From: Vicinamibacterales bacterium
GTDB taxonomy: Bacteria > Acidobacteriota > Vicinamibacteria > Vicinamibacterales > CAVVIG01
Length of the DNA stretch: 64,000 nt
NCBI GenBank assembly: GCA_050183995.1
Contig: JBFXAT010000015.1
Coordinates: 7,415-71,414 of the forward strand
Direction: 5' to 3'
Shown piece after piece: positions 36,585-45,086 of this stretch. The notes beneath the pieces were generated by a model that saw nothing but the letters and a program-made list of their open reading frames with translations, did not search any database and had not been told where the DNA came from. The translations under genes were made by a program, and so were the position numbers. Each line of letters starts with the position of its first letter. Position 1 is the first letter of the stretch.

Positions 36585-36908
36585 ATGGGTCGCAGGCTGT
36601 ACGTCGGGAATCTCCCTTATTCCGCGGGTGAAGCTGAACTGCAGGAGCTCTTCAGCCGGGCCGGCAACGTCGAGTCCGTGCGGGTCATGCGCGACGCCGC
36701 AACAGGCCGTGCTCGGGGCTTCGCCTTCGTCGAGATGTCGACCGACGAGGAAGCACAGCGGGCGGCCTCCGAGTTCAACCAGTATCAGATGGGCGGGCGC
36801 CCGCTGACGGTGAACGAGGCGCGGCCGAAGCCAGAGGGCGGATTCGGCGGCGGCGGCGGATTCGGCAACCGTGGCGGCGGGAGTGGTCGCCGTGAGCCGC
36901 GCTGGTAA
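36585..36908 (+). CDS. RRM-type RNA-binding protein with a glycine-rich tail
   Basis: RNP-2 is LYVGNL, RNP-1 is RGFAFVEM, and the C-terminus carries GGFGGGGGFGNRGGGSG. Confidence 0.9.
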   Translation: MGRRLYVGNLPYSAGEAELQELFSRAGNVESVRVMRDAATGRARGFAFVEMSTDEEAQRAASEFNQYQMGGRPLTVNEARPKPEGGFGGGGGFGNRGGGSGRREPRW

Positions 36909-37141
36909 TGGCACCGAAGACCTGGTCCAAGGGTGACCGCGTGGTGCAGCCGACCTACGGCGCCGGCACCATCGTCGAATACAACGAGCACCATGCCGTG
37001 ATCGAGTTCGACGAGCACGGCCGCCGCACGTTTTCCACGCGGCTCGTCGTGCTCCAGACCACGAGCGAACCGGCACCCGCCAAGGCGTCGCGCAAGCGCG
37101 CGCCGCGGAAGACCAAGGCGAAGAAGGAAGCGGAAGAATAG
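36908..37141 (+). CDS. Small SH3/Tudor-like protein with a lysine-rich tail (DUF3553-like)
   Basis: 77 aa with GDRVVQPTYGAGTIVEY..HAVIEFDEHG, then the basic tail KASRKRAPRKTKAKKEAEE. It overlaps the RRM gene stop by 1 nt (TAATG). The family call is from memory. Confidence 0.55.
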   Translation: MAPKTWSKGDRVVQPTYGAGTIVEYNEHHAVIEFDEHGRRTFSTRLVVLQTTSEPAPAKASRKRAPRKTKAKKEAEE

Positions 37142-37310
37142 CGACCGCTCCTGCCGGCTCGAGGGGCCGCCATCAGGCCCTCTGCGGTCCCTGCCTGGTC
37201 GGCTGTCGTCTGTACTCAAACCATCACGAGGGCTGGCGTCACCGGCGCGGCAAGCGTACGTGTGCCTTGCGCCCGTCCGCCCATAGCCGCAACGCAGGGC
37301 CGTCGCCGAA

Positions 37311-38567
37311 TCAGATCTGCTGAGCGCGATCGCCCGCGCGCCGCCGCGTCAGTCCGCGTGCGGCTGTGTGAGCGCTTGCCCACGCCCACTGGAAGTTGAA
37401 GCCGCCGAGCCGGCCGTCCACATCGACGACCTCCCCGATGAGATAAAGGCCAGGGCACACCCGCGACTCCATCGTCTTGGGATCGATCTCGGCCAGCATG
37501 ACGCCGCCCGCCGTCACTTCCGCGTAGTTGTAGCCGCGCGTCCCGGTGATCGGCAGCGGCAGCTCGACGAGCGCATGCGTGAGCCGCCGGCGATCCGCGC
37601 GGCCCAGACCGGAGAGCGCCGCCGTCGCGTCGACGCGCGCGGCGTCGGCGAGGGCGAGGCCTACCGACGCGGGAACGATCTCCGCGAGCACGGCGCCGAT
37701 CGAGGCGCGAGGGCGCTGTCGCGATGCATCGATCAGGCGCCGCTCGACGGCATCGAACGGCGCCCCGATGCAGACATTGAGGGTCATCCGCGGCTGCCGC
37801 TGATCCGCGGCCGCTCTCGCCCAGTGTCGCGAGATGTCCAGCGCCGCGGGGCCGCTGATGCCGAAGTGTGTCCAGAGGAGCGATCCGCGGACGTGGACGG
37901 CCACCCGGCCGTCGATACGGAGCGACAGCTCGGCGGGGTGCGACACACCTGCGAGCGCGGCATGACGCAATGGCGATTGGTCCGACAGCACGAGCGGCAC
38001 GAGCGCCGGCACGGGCGGCACGATGTGATGACCGAGCGAGGCGGCCATCGCAAAGCCGACGCCATCGCTTCCGCTCTTCGGCAGCGACTGTCCCCCGGTG
38101 GCCAGCACGACGCGTCTGGCGTGGAGACGCCCACGAGTGCTGTCGATCGCGAAGGTGCCGTCGTCGCGCCGCGCGATCGCCGTCACGCGGCAGAGGTCAC
38201 GCCGCTCGACCCCTCGCGTCTGCGCCTCCTTCAGAAGGGCGTCGAGCACGTCGCGTGCGCGATTCGAATCCGGAAACAGCTTGCCGAGTGCTTCTTCGTG
38301 CAGCGGAACGTTCAGTCCGGCGAAGAACGCGACCGTCTGATCGACTGGAAACGACCGCAGAACCTGGCGGATGGCCGGACGCGCGCCGCCGTTGAAGTCG
38401 CGCTCCGTCACGTGAGCGTTGGTGACATTGCACCGGCCGCCGCCACTCACCAGGATCTTCGCGCCAGGGCGCCTGGCCCCGTCGACCAGCACGACGCCGC
38501 ACGTCGCGTCGAAGCGCCGGGCGAATATGGCTGCGGCCAGACCTGCGGCGCCCGCGCCGACGATCAC
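37311..38567 (-). CDS. HI0933-family FAD-dependent oxidoreductase (aminoacetone-oxidase/BaiN-like)
   Basis: IVGAGAAGL dinucleotide fold, SGGGRCNVTN, and the C-terminal GLYLIGEVVDVDGRLGGFNFQWAWASAH. GTG start. Confidence 0.88.
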   Translation of the reverse strand: MIVGAGAAGLAAAIFARRFDATCGVVLVDGARRPGAKILVSGGGRCNVTNAHVTERDFNGGARPAIRQVLRSFPVDQTVAFFAGLNVPLHEEALGKLFPDSNRARDVLDALLKEAQTRGVERRDLCRVTAIARRDDGTFAIDSTRGRLHARRVVLATGGQSLPKSGSDGVGFAMAASLGHHIVPPVPALVPLVLSDQSPLRHAALAGVSHPAELSLRIDGRVAVHVRGSLLWTHFGISGPAALDISRHWARAAADQRQPRMTLNVCIGAPFDAVERRLIDASRQRPRASIGAVLAEIVPASVGLALADAARVDATAALSGLGRADRRRLTHALVELPLPITGTRGYNYAEVTAGGVMLAEIDPKTMESRVCPGLYLIGEVVDVDGRLGGFNFQWAWASAHTAARGLTRRRAGDRAQQI

Positions 38568-38692
38568 GACGTCGTGGAGTTCGATGCGCCATTATCGCTG
38601 AGAGTGGGGCAACCGCTGACGTAGGAGGCGGCGCGTGGCTTGCACCACCGTTCGTCGAGGCGCACATCGCGCCACAACGGAGGCAAGCTCGC

Positions 38693-39292
38693 GTGACCAT
38701 CTACGATCGTATTCGACCCGTTTCTCGCGTTATCGCAGCGCTCGCGTTCAGCGCGGCGCTCACCACGACCGCCGCTGCTCAGCCGGCAGCACCGCAGACG
38801 ACAACAACGATCGACCCAGGCTACTGGACCGTGACCCCCTTTGTGGGCCTCGGCTTCAGCGGCGATCTGGATGGCGGCACGGCGGTGCTCGGTGGCGCCG
38901 CCGGGTACGTCTGGAACCCCCGTATCTCCTTCGAGGGCGAGTTCTCGATCCTCCCGTCGAGCGAGAACAGCGGATTGGTGGAGGTCGACTCGACCGTCTG
39001 GGCCCTCACCGGAAATCTGCTCTATCACTTCACCGGACGTGAGTGGGTGCCCTACGCGGCAGCCGGTCTCGGTATCGGCCGCGCGACGGTCGACGTGAAC
39101 GGCAGCTCCGTGCTCGACAATTTCGACACGGCGTCGACGAAGGTCATCGCAAACTTCGGGGGCGGTGTGGAACGGTTGATTGCCAACAACGTGGGGTTCC
39201 GCGGAGACCTGCGGTATCAGTTCGGAGCCGACCTGGTCCCGGATTATTGGCGCGCCACTGCCGGTATCACGTTCGGCTTCAGGCGTCCCTAG
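38693..39292 (+). CDS. Outer-membrane beta-barrel protein (OmpA-beta/OmpW-like small porin family)
   Basis: A signal peptide ending AAAQ, then alternating-hydrophobic beta strands and an aromatic C-terminal strand (ATAGITFGFRRP). GGAGG lies 8 nt upstream of the GTG start. Confidence 0.75.
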   Translation: MTIYDRIRPVSRVIAALAFSAALTTTAAAQPAAPQTTTTIDPGYWTVTPFVGLGFSGDLDGGTAVLGGAAGYVWNPRISFEGEFSILPSSENSGLVEVDSTVWALTGNLLYHFTGREWVPYAAAGLGIGRATVDVNGSSVLDNFDTASTKVIANFGGGVERLIANNVGFRGDLRYQFGADLVPDYWRATAGITFGFRRP

Positions 39293-39333
39293 CCCATCTC
39301 GCGTTCGGACCCGCTCGTCGATGCGAGGCGTGA

Positions 39334-39367
39334 CCAACGCTGGGAGGGTGCCAACGCTGGGAGGGTG
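39334..39367. repeat. Perfect 17-bp tandem duplication (ccaacgctgggagggtg x2); copy 2 is the left arm of a hairpin
   Basis: Copies are at 39334-39350 and 39351-39367. The segment 39371-39385 (accctcagcgtttgg) is an imperfect reverse complement and overlaps the stop of the gene ending at 39377. Confidence 0.85.
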
Positions 39368-39376
39368 AGAACCCTC

Positions 39377-40456
39377 TCAGCGTTTGGCGTACTTCGTCAG
39401 ACCCCCGCCGGCTGCCGGGCGGGAGATGGGGCCCTCAGCGGCGTAGACGGTCCCGTCCGCGTCGACGGCAATGCCTTCACCGGCCGCGCCCCATGGATTG
39501 CTGGTCTTGTGGGGCGGGATGAACGCGAGCACCTTGTCGTTCCGCGTGGTGCCGATTCGCACGCCGGTGCTCCAGTTCGGATGGCGTTCGTCGCTCGATT
39601 CGGAATCGATCGTGTAGAGGTTGTCGCTGCGATCGATGAAGAGTCCGCTGACGCGGCCGAACTGCTTCCACTGGCCGAGGAACGTCCCCTCCTGATCGAA
39701 GATCTGGATCCTGTGGTTGCCGCGATCGGCGACGAACAGGCGGCCCTGCGAGTCGAACGCCAGCGAGTGCGGTGTGCGGAACTCGCCGGGTGCGGTGCCG
39801 ATGCGTCCCCATTCCTTGACGAAGGTCCCATCGCGGCGGAACTTGAGGATCCGCCCGGTCGATCCCGGCGGCGGCGACGCGTTCTGACCGCTGTGCCCGT
39901 CGGCGACGAAGATGTCGCCGTTGGAAGCGGTGACCACGTCGTTCGGTTCGTTCAACAGGCCCGGCCCCGATCCCTTCTGTCCGGCCTTGCCCAGACGCAG
40001 CAGCACGTGGCCCTTGGGATCGAACTTGATCACCTGGTGCCCCATGGTTCCGTCGGCGCTCCCCTGTCCGTCGGTGATCCAGACGTTGCCTTCGCGGTCG
40101 ACGTGGATACCGTGGGGAAACACGATCATGCCGCCGCCGAAGCTCTCGAGCAGCTTGCCCGTGTTCCTGTCGAACTTCAGGATCGGATCCAGCGTCGATC
40201 CGGCGCACGTGTTCTTGCCGCAGCGGTCGTAGGCCCACACATGACCGTCGGGCCCGATGTCCACGCCTGCGGTCGAGCCCCAGGTGCGGCCTTGCGGCAG
40301 CTCGCCCCAGTTCTTCGTGACGATCGGATTCGGATTGGGGAGCGGTGCGGCGGCGGGATCGGTGACGTCGGACTGCGTGGACACCGGGATGCCGAGCAGC
40401 GCGACGGCGCAGATGGCGGAGAGGAGGTGGACGGCGCGGCGCGAAGGACCAGACAT
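39377..40456 (-). CDS. Secreted NHL-repeat six-bladed beta-propeller, peptidyl-alpha-hydroxyglycine alpha-amidating lyase (PAL)-like
   Basis: 359 aa with a signal peptide. Repeated motifs are PHGIHVDREGNVWITD, PNDVVTASNGDIFVADG, PHSLAFDSQGRLFVADRGNHRIQIFD and LYTID. Confidence 0.8.
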   Translation of the reverse strand: MSGPSRRAVHLLSAICAVALLGIPVSTQSDVTDPAAAPLPNPNPIVTKNWGELPQGRTWGSTAGVDIGPDGHVWAYDRCGKNTCAGSTLDPILKFDRNTGKLLESFGGGMIVFPHGIHVDREGNVWITDGQGSADGTMGHQVIKFDPKGHVLLRLGKAGQKGSGPGLLNEPNDVVTASNGDIFVADGHSGQNASPPPGSTGRILKFRRDGTFVKEWGRIGTAPGEFRTPHSLAFDSQGRLFVADRGNHRIQIFDQEGTFLGQWKQFGRVSGLFIDRSDNLYTIDSESSDERHPNWSTGVRIGTTRNDKVLAFIPPHKTSNPWGAAGEGIAVDADGTVYAAEGPISRPAAGGGLTKYAKR

Positions 40457-40516
40457 GGTTCTGCCTCCCTCTGAACGCGATTGTCCGGGCAGTCTAGCCC
40501 CGAGCGTCCGAGGCTT

Positions 40517-41401
40517 TCAACCGTCGCGTTCTTCAGACGGCACCGGGACCATGCTGACCTCGACCGATACGTCGTGGCATCCTCCGCCGAGCGCCACGCC
40601 CTTGATGGGGGTGACGTCGCCGTAGTCGCGTCCCCATCCGATCGTCACGTGCCCGACGTCGGGCCGCACGTCGTTGGTGGGGTCGAAGTCGACCCAGCCG
40701 GCGCCAGGGACGTACACGCCGACCCAGGCGTGCGAGGCCTCCGCGCCGACCGTGTCGGCCCCACTGCGCAGGTATCCGCTCACGTAGCGGGCCGCGAGAC
40801 CGAGAGAGCGCAGCGCGCCGATCATCACGTGCGAGAAGTCCTGGCAGACGCCCCGTTTCGAAAACAGCGTCTCGAGCAGGGGCGTATCGATCTTCGTCGT
40901 CGCCGGCGCATAGATGAACTCGGCGTGGATCCGCCGCGACAGGTCGGCGACGGCGTCGATCAGCGGCCGTCCCGCGTCGAAGCTCGGCCGGGCGAACTGC
41001 TCGAGCTCGGGAGTGACCGTCACGTACGGCGAATCGAAGGAGTACTCCGCCGCCTGCAGCGCCTCCGCCGTCGCGCGCGTGGCAATCGTGTGCCGCGCGT
41101 CTTCCCACGGCGCCCATGGCGCGGCCCCATCGTCGACGGGCGGACGGGGAGCGAGCCGGACCTCGCTCGTGGCCACGGTGACGAAGCGGTCGTGCCGCTC
41201 GAGGATGCCGAAGCGATTCACGATGTTGCCGAAGTAGTCGGTCCGCTCGCCGATCCACGCCGGGACGGGCGTCGTCTCGATGGTGCTCGAGAGCACCGTT
41301 TGCCAGGGAAGTCTGCGAGGCGTGAGCCGGACTTCGCTCTGGCACTGCGAGACCGGACCCTCGTAGCGGTAGGTGGTCGCGTGCACGACACGGTAGATCA
41401 T
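40517..41401 (-). CDS. Transglutaminase-family protein (Bact_transglu_N plus transglutaminase core)
   Basis: The N-terminus is MIYRVVHATTYRYEGPV. Catalytic elements are Cys in RGVCQDFSH, His in SHAWVGVY and Asp in VDFDPTN. Confidence 0.9.
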   Translation of the reverse strand: MIYRVVHATTYRYEGPVSQCQSEVRLTPRRLPWQTVLSSTIETTPVPAWIGERTDYFGNIVNRFGILERHDRFVTVATSEVRLAPRPPVDDGAAPWAPWEDARHTIATRATAEALQAAEYSFDSPYVTVTPELEQFARPSFDAGRPLIDAVADLSRRIHAEFIYAPATTKIDTPLLETLFSKRGVCQDFSHVMIGALRSLGLAARYVSGYLRSGADTVGAEASHAWVGVYVPGAGWVDFDPTNDVRPDVGHVTIGWGRDYGDVTPIKGVALGGGCHDVSVEVSMVPVPSEERDG

Positions 41402-41419
41402 GGCGGCGCAGGTCCCCGA

Positions 41420-43900
41420 TCAGAGAGTGGGCGACAGCCTGGAGGCCGCCGAGTGGCTCAGGTACCGCGCCGTCAACGCGTCCGACAGGTCGACGACGCC
41501 GGCGCGAAGCGCGCGGAGGTGCGCCTCGAGCGCCACGCGCTGGCCTCCTGCATCGCGCCGTTTCAGCGTCTCGACATGGCCGCCTCGGGCGAACGCCGCA
41601 ATGCGTGACGCCAGGCCGTGCACGTCGAGTGCATCGCCGCTCTCCGTCGGACGCGGGAGCCCCCCGACCTGTTCGACGAGCGACTCCAGCTGGAAGGCGA
41701 CCGAGCGCGGATACGTCTCGTCGGCGAGGAGCAGCTCGAGGACGAAGCGCGTGCGGATCGACGTGAGATACCGCGATCGATACATCGTGGAGCTGTCGGC
41801 GATCTGCAGGAGCACCTCGAGGCAGCCGTCGTCTGGGAACGGAGCCGTGGCGACGCCGACGCGCAGCAGGTCGGTCATCTGCAATGCGCGTTCGATGCGC
41901 CGGCCGATCTCGAGGAAGCGCCAGCCGTGTCCCCGCGTGGGGTTCTCGGAGAGCAGCCCGGCAAACGCGGCGAGCATGATCACCAGATCGTCGAGCTGCG
42001 CCGCCGCCGCGACGAAGCGTCGCTCGGGATTCGCCGACGGTGCGGCGGAGAACCCGTGCTCCAGCTGCTGCAGGACGCGCCACGTGTCCTGCGACAGGCG
42101 CTCCTTGACCTCGCGGCTCAGGCGCCGCACCTGTCTGACGTTCCAGCCGATGCCCGTCGGGCGCTCGAAGTCGAACACCATCTTCCCGAGCAGATCCTGC
42201 AGGCGCCACCACTGCTGTTCGAGGGGTGAGTCGCGGAACTCGCGGGGCAGCAGAGCCAGGCCGTTGAGCAGGTGCACGATCGTGTCGAGATCGGCCCCCC
42301 GCCGCGCACCCGCGTCGCCCGACAGGCCCGGCAGCAGCACTCGAACGAGACGCGCCATGGCGTCGAGCCGCTCCGCGTGTCGGCCGAGCCAGAAGAGGTT
42401 GTCGGCGACCCGGCTCGAGAGCTCGGTGGACGTGCCGATCGCGGCGGGTCTGGGCGCGAGCCGCTTCTCGTCGGCCGACGGGTCGGCGCCGCCCACCACC
42501 CACGTGTCCTTGCTGCCTCCGCCGAGCTGCATCGAGACGACGAGCGATTGACGGCCGGTGGCGACGCGGGTCAGCCCGCCCGGGAGCACCGAATACGACG
42601 AGCCGTCCCACGCGGCGAGCACCCGCACCGTTGCGTGCCGCGGTTCGAAGCCGCGATAGGTGAGCACGGGCGTGGTGGAGAGGTCGACCTGCTCCTGCGC
42701 CACGAAGTGCCCGGGGTGCGCCTCGATCCGTCGCGCGAGCTCCTGCCGATCCGCTTCGCTCATGTTCGCCGGGAACTCGGCGCGCCTGCCGCTGGCGCCG
42801 AACGTCGGCTTGATCACGAGACGCTCGAGATCGCCCAGGACCTGGCGCCGCGGTTCCTCCTGCCCGCACCACCACGTGGCGACCGAGGGCAGGATCAGCG
42901 GCTCTCCCAGGAGCTGCTGACAGAGGGCGGGCAGGAACGCCATCAACGCCGGCGTTTCGACGATGCCGCTGCCGAGCGCATTGGCGATGAACACGGTTCC
43001 TGCGCGCGCCGCTTGCACCAGCCCGGGCACGCCGAGCAGCGACTCGCCGCGCAGCTCGAGCGGATCGCAGAAGTCATCGTCCATGCGACGCACGATGACG
43101 TCGACCGGATTCAGGCCGGCGAGCGTCTTCAGATAGACGCGGTTGTCACGAACCGTCAGATCGTCTCCGCCCACGAGCGGCACGCCCCAGTGGCGGGAGA
43201 GGTACGCGTGTTCGAAGTAGGTTTCGTTGTACGGCCCCGACGTGAGCACGATGATCCGCGGGTCCGAGACCGCCGCCGGAGCGAGGCTCAACAGGGTTTC
43301 GAAGGTCGTGTCGAAGAAGCGGCCGAGCGGGCGGACGCGGCACTCGTCGAGCACCGAGGGGAGGGTGCGCGCGCTCACGACGCGGTTCTCGAGCGCGTAG
43401 CCGAGCCCCGACGGCGCCTGGGCGCGATCCGCGATGACCCACCAGGCACCGTTCGGCGCCCGCGCGAGATCGACGCCGTAGTTCTGCAGGAACACGCCCG
43501 ACTGGGGCCGGATTCCGCGGCACGGCCGCAGGAATGCCGGGTTGCCGAGCACCAGCTCCGGCGGCAGCAGGCGATCGCGCAGGAGCCGCTGCGCGCCGTA
43601 GAGATCGTCCATGATCGTGTTCAGCAGCGTCGCCCGCTGCCGCACGGCCTGTTCGATGTGGGCCCACTCGTCGGACGGGATCACCAGCGGCACGAGGTCC
43701 ATCAGCCACGGCCGCTCGTTGCCTTGCGGATCCGCGTAGACGTTGTAGGTGATGCCGTTGTTCTGGATCAGCCGTTGTCCCGCCTCTTCGCGGCGGCGGA
43801 ACTCCGGGTAGCCCATGCGCCGCAGTCCGGCGGCCAGGCGGACCCAGTGCTTGCGAAGCCGGCCGGCGGGATCGAGGGCTTCGTCCCAATGACCGTGCAA
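41420..43900 (-). CDS. Fusion of a circularly permuted type-2 ATP-grasp domain and an alpha-E domain
   Basis: 826 aa. The N-terminal two thirds parallel the 484-aa ATP-grasp protein upstream ([40 protein letters not shown]). The C-terminal third has alpha-E text (ADNLFWLGRHAER...). The start is a TTG and is uncertain. Confidence 0.85.
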   Translation of the reverse strand: MHGHWDEALDPAGRLRKHWVRLAAGLRRMGYPEFRRREEAGQRLIQNNGITYNVYADPQGNERPWLMDLVPLVIPSDEWAHIEQAVRQRATLLNTIMDDLYGAQRLLRDRLLPPELVLGNPAFLRPCRGIRPQSGVFLQNYGVDLARAPNGAWWVIADRAQAPSGLGYALENRVVSARTLPSVLDECRVRPLGRFFDTTFETLLSLAPAAVSDPRIIVLTSGPYNETYFEHAYLSRHWGVPLVGGDDLTVRDNRVYLKTLAGLNPVDVIVRRMDDDFCDPLELRGESLLGVPGLVQAARAGTVFIANALGSGIVETPALMAFLPALCQQLLGEPLILPSVATWWCGQEEPRRQVLGDLERLVIKPTFGASGRRAEFPANMSEADRQELARRIEAHPGHFVAQEQVDLSTTPVLTYRGFEPRHATVRVLAAWDGSSYSVLPGGLTRVATGRQSLVVSMQLGGGSKDTWVVGGADPSADEKRLAPRPAAIGTSTELSSRVADNLFWLGRHAERLDAMARLVRVLLPGLSGDAGARRGADLDTIVHLLNGLALLPREFRDSPLEQQWWRLQDLLGKMVFDFERPTGIGWNVRQVRRLSREVKERLSQDTWRVLQQLEHGFSAAPSANPERRFVAAAAQLDDLVIMLAAFAGLLSENPTRGHGWRFLEIGRRIERALQMTDLLRVGVATAPFPDDGCLEVLLQIADSSTMYRSRYLTSIRTRFVLELLLADETYPRSVAFQLESLVEQVGGLPRPTESGDALDVHGLASRIAAFARGGHVETLKRRDAGGQRVALEAHLRALRAGVVDLSDALTARYLSHSAASRLSPTL

Positions 43901-44057
43901 GGCTGGACGGTACGTCCACCCAGGATCGTGCGTGGCACGGGCAGGGATCGATCCCGAGTTGACGCTGTTCGACAGGATGCTGCTCCTCAGCCCGCCGCCC
44001 GCGCCACGGCGGCCCGCGGCGCTCCGGCTCCGGAGAAGTGTACTGGAAAGGCGGCGG

Positions 44058-45086
44058 TCACACCGCGGCCGGGCCCGGCGTCTGGCCCTGGCGCTGGGAG
44101 CTGGTCTGCGCCGGCGGCGAGGGGCGCACGGGCGTGATGGCGAAGTCGTCGCGCAGATGCAGGTCCACGGCGTTCATCTTCAGCTGCAGCCTGTCGAGAT
44201 ATTCGTGCAGGCCGCCCCGGACGATGCCCGGCACCGACGTGAAGTCGAGCTCGGCGCGGAGCTGGCCGAGGAGCTGCTCCGAGACGTAGCGGAAGGCGCC
44301 GCTCGGCGTTCCCGTGATCGCATGGAGCGAATCGCTGGCGCAGCGGACGCAGAATCGGATCGATCGCGGGAACTCATCGTCCCGCACGAGGAAGTCGACG
44401 ACGTCGGCCGGAGAGATGCGGCCGAACTTCTTGCGATACATCTCGAACCCGCTGACCGACTTCAGCACGGCCGCCCAATGGATGTCGTCGTACGGGGTGC
44501 CGACGTCCTTCGTCGACGGCAGCAGCATGAAGTACTTCACGTCGAGAATCCGCGACGTCTTGTCGGCGCGTTCGAGCTTCCGTCCGAGCCGCAGGAAGTG
44601 CCACGCCTCGTTGTGAGACATCGTCGCATCCGCAATGCCCTGGAACTCGTGGCAGGCGAGCCGGATCTCCCGAAACGCGTCCAGCAGCCGTTCCGGCTGC
44701 GGCAGCGTCTGCCGCTGGATTCGCAGGTGCATGCTGTTGATCTGCTCCCACATCTCGGAGGAGATCGTTTCGCGGACCGAACGCGCGTTTTCGCGGGCCT
44801 GGCGGAGGCACGACGCGATCGAGTTGGCGTTGTCCTGGTCGTAGGTCAGGTACTCGATGACGCGGTTCTGCGTAGCCTCCGGATACCGCGCGTGGAAAGC
44901 CTCCCAGTCGCCGCTGGTCTCGATCAGCGGCTGCCACTGATGGGCCGGCGCGAGCGGCAGGTCGATCTGCAGGTTCAGATTCACACCGATGAATCGCGCG
45001 ACGTTTTCGGCGCGCTCGATGTAGCGTGCGATCCAGTAGACCGAATCGGCGACGCGGCTGAGCAGCGGGGGCGGTTCGTTCCTCAT
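44058..45086 (-). CDS. Alpha-E domain protein
   Basis: 342 aa from ATG 45086 with [21 protein letters not shown], the typical alpha-E N-terminus. ATGA overlap with the upstream ATP-grasp gene. Confidence 0.85.
   Translation of the reverse strand: MRNEPPPLLSRVADSVYWIARYIERAENVARFIGVNLNLQIDLPLAPAHQWQPLIETSGDWEAFHARYPEATQNRVIEYLTYDQDNANSIASCLRQARENARSVRETISSEMWEQINSMHLRIQRQTLPQPERLLDAFREIRLACHEFQGIADATMSHNEAWHFLRLGRKLERADKTSRILDVKYFMLLPSTKDVGTPYDDIHWAAVLKSVSGFEMYRKKFGRISPADVVDFLVRDDEFPRSIRFCVRCASDSLHAITGTPSGAFRYVSEQLLGQLRAELDFTSVPGIVRGGLHEYLDRLQLKMNAVDLHLRDDFAITPVRPSPPAQTSSQRQGQTPGPAAV

Noticed and set aside
40533-42875. 780-aa minus-strand ORF spanning the transglutaminase and ATP-grasp fusion genes in another frame
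   Set aside because: It crosses a gene boundary, is dominated by R/A/G/P, and competes with frames that carry clear catalytic motifs.
42272-44137. 621-aa plus-strand ORF antisense to the ATP-grasp/alpha-E fusion
   Set aside because: Shadow ORF with no motifs. The opposite strand is strongly supported.
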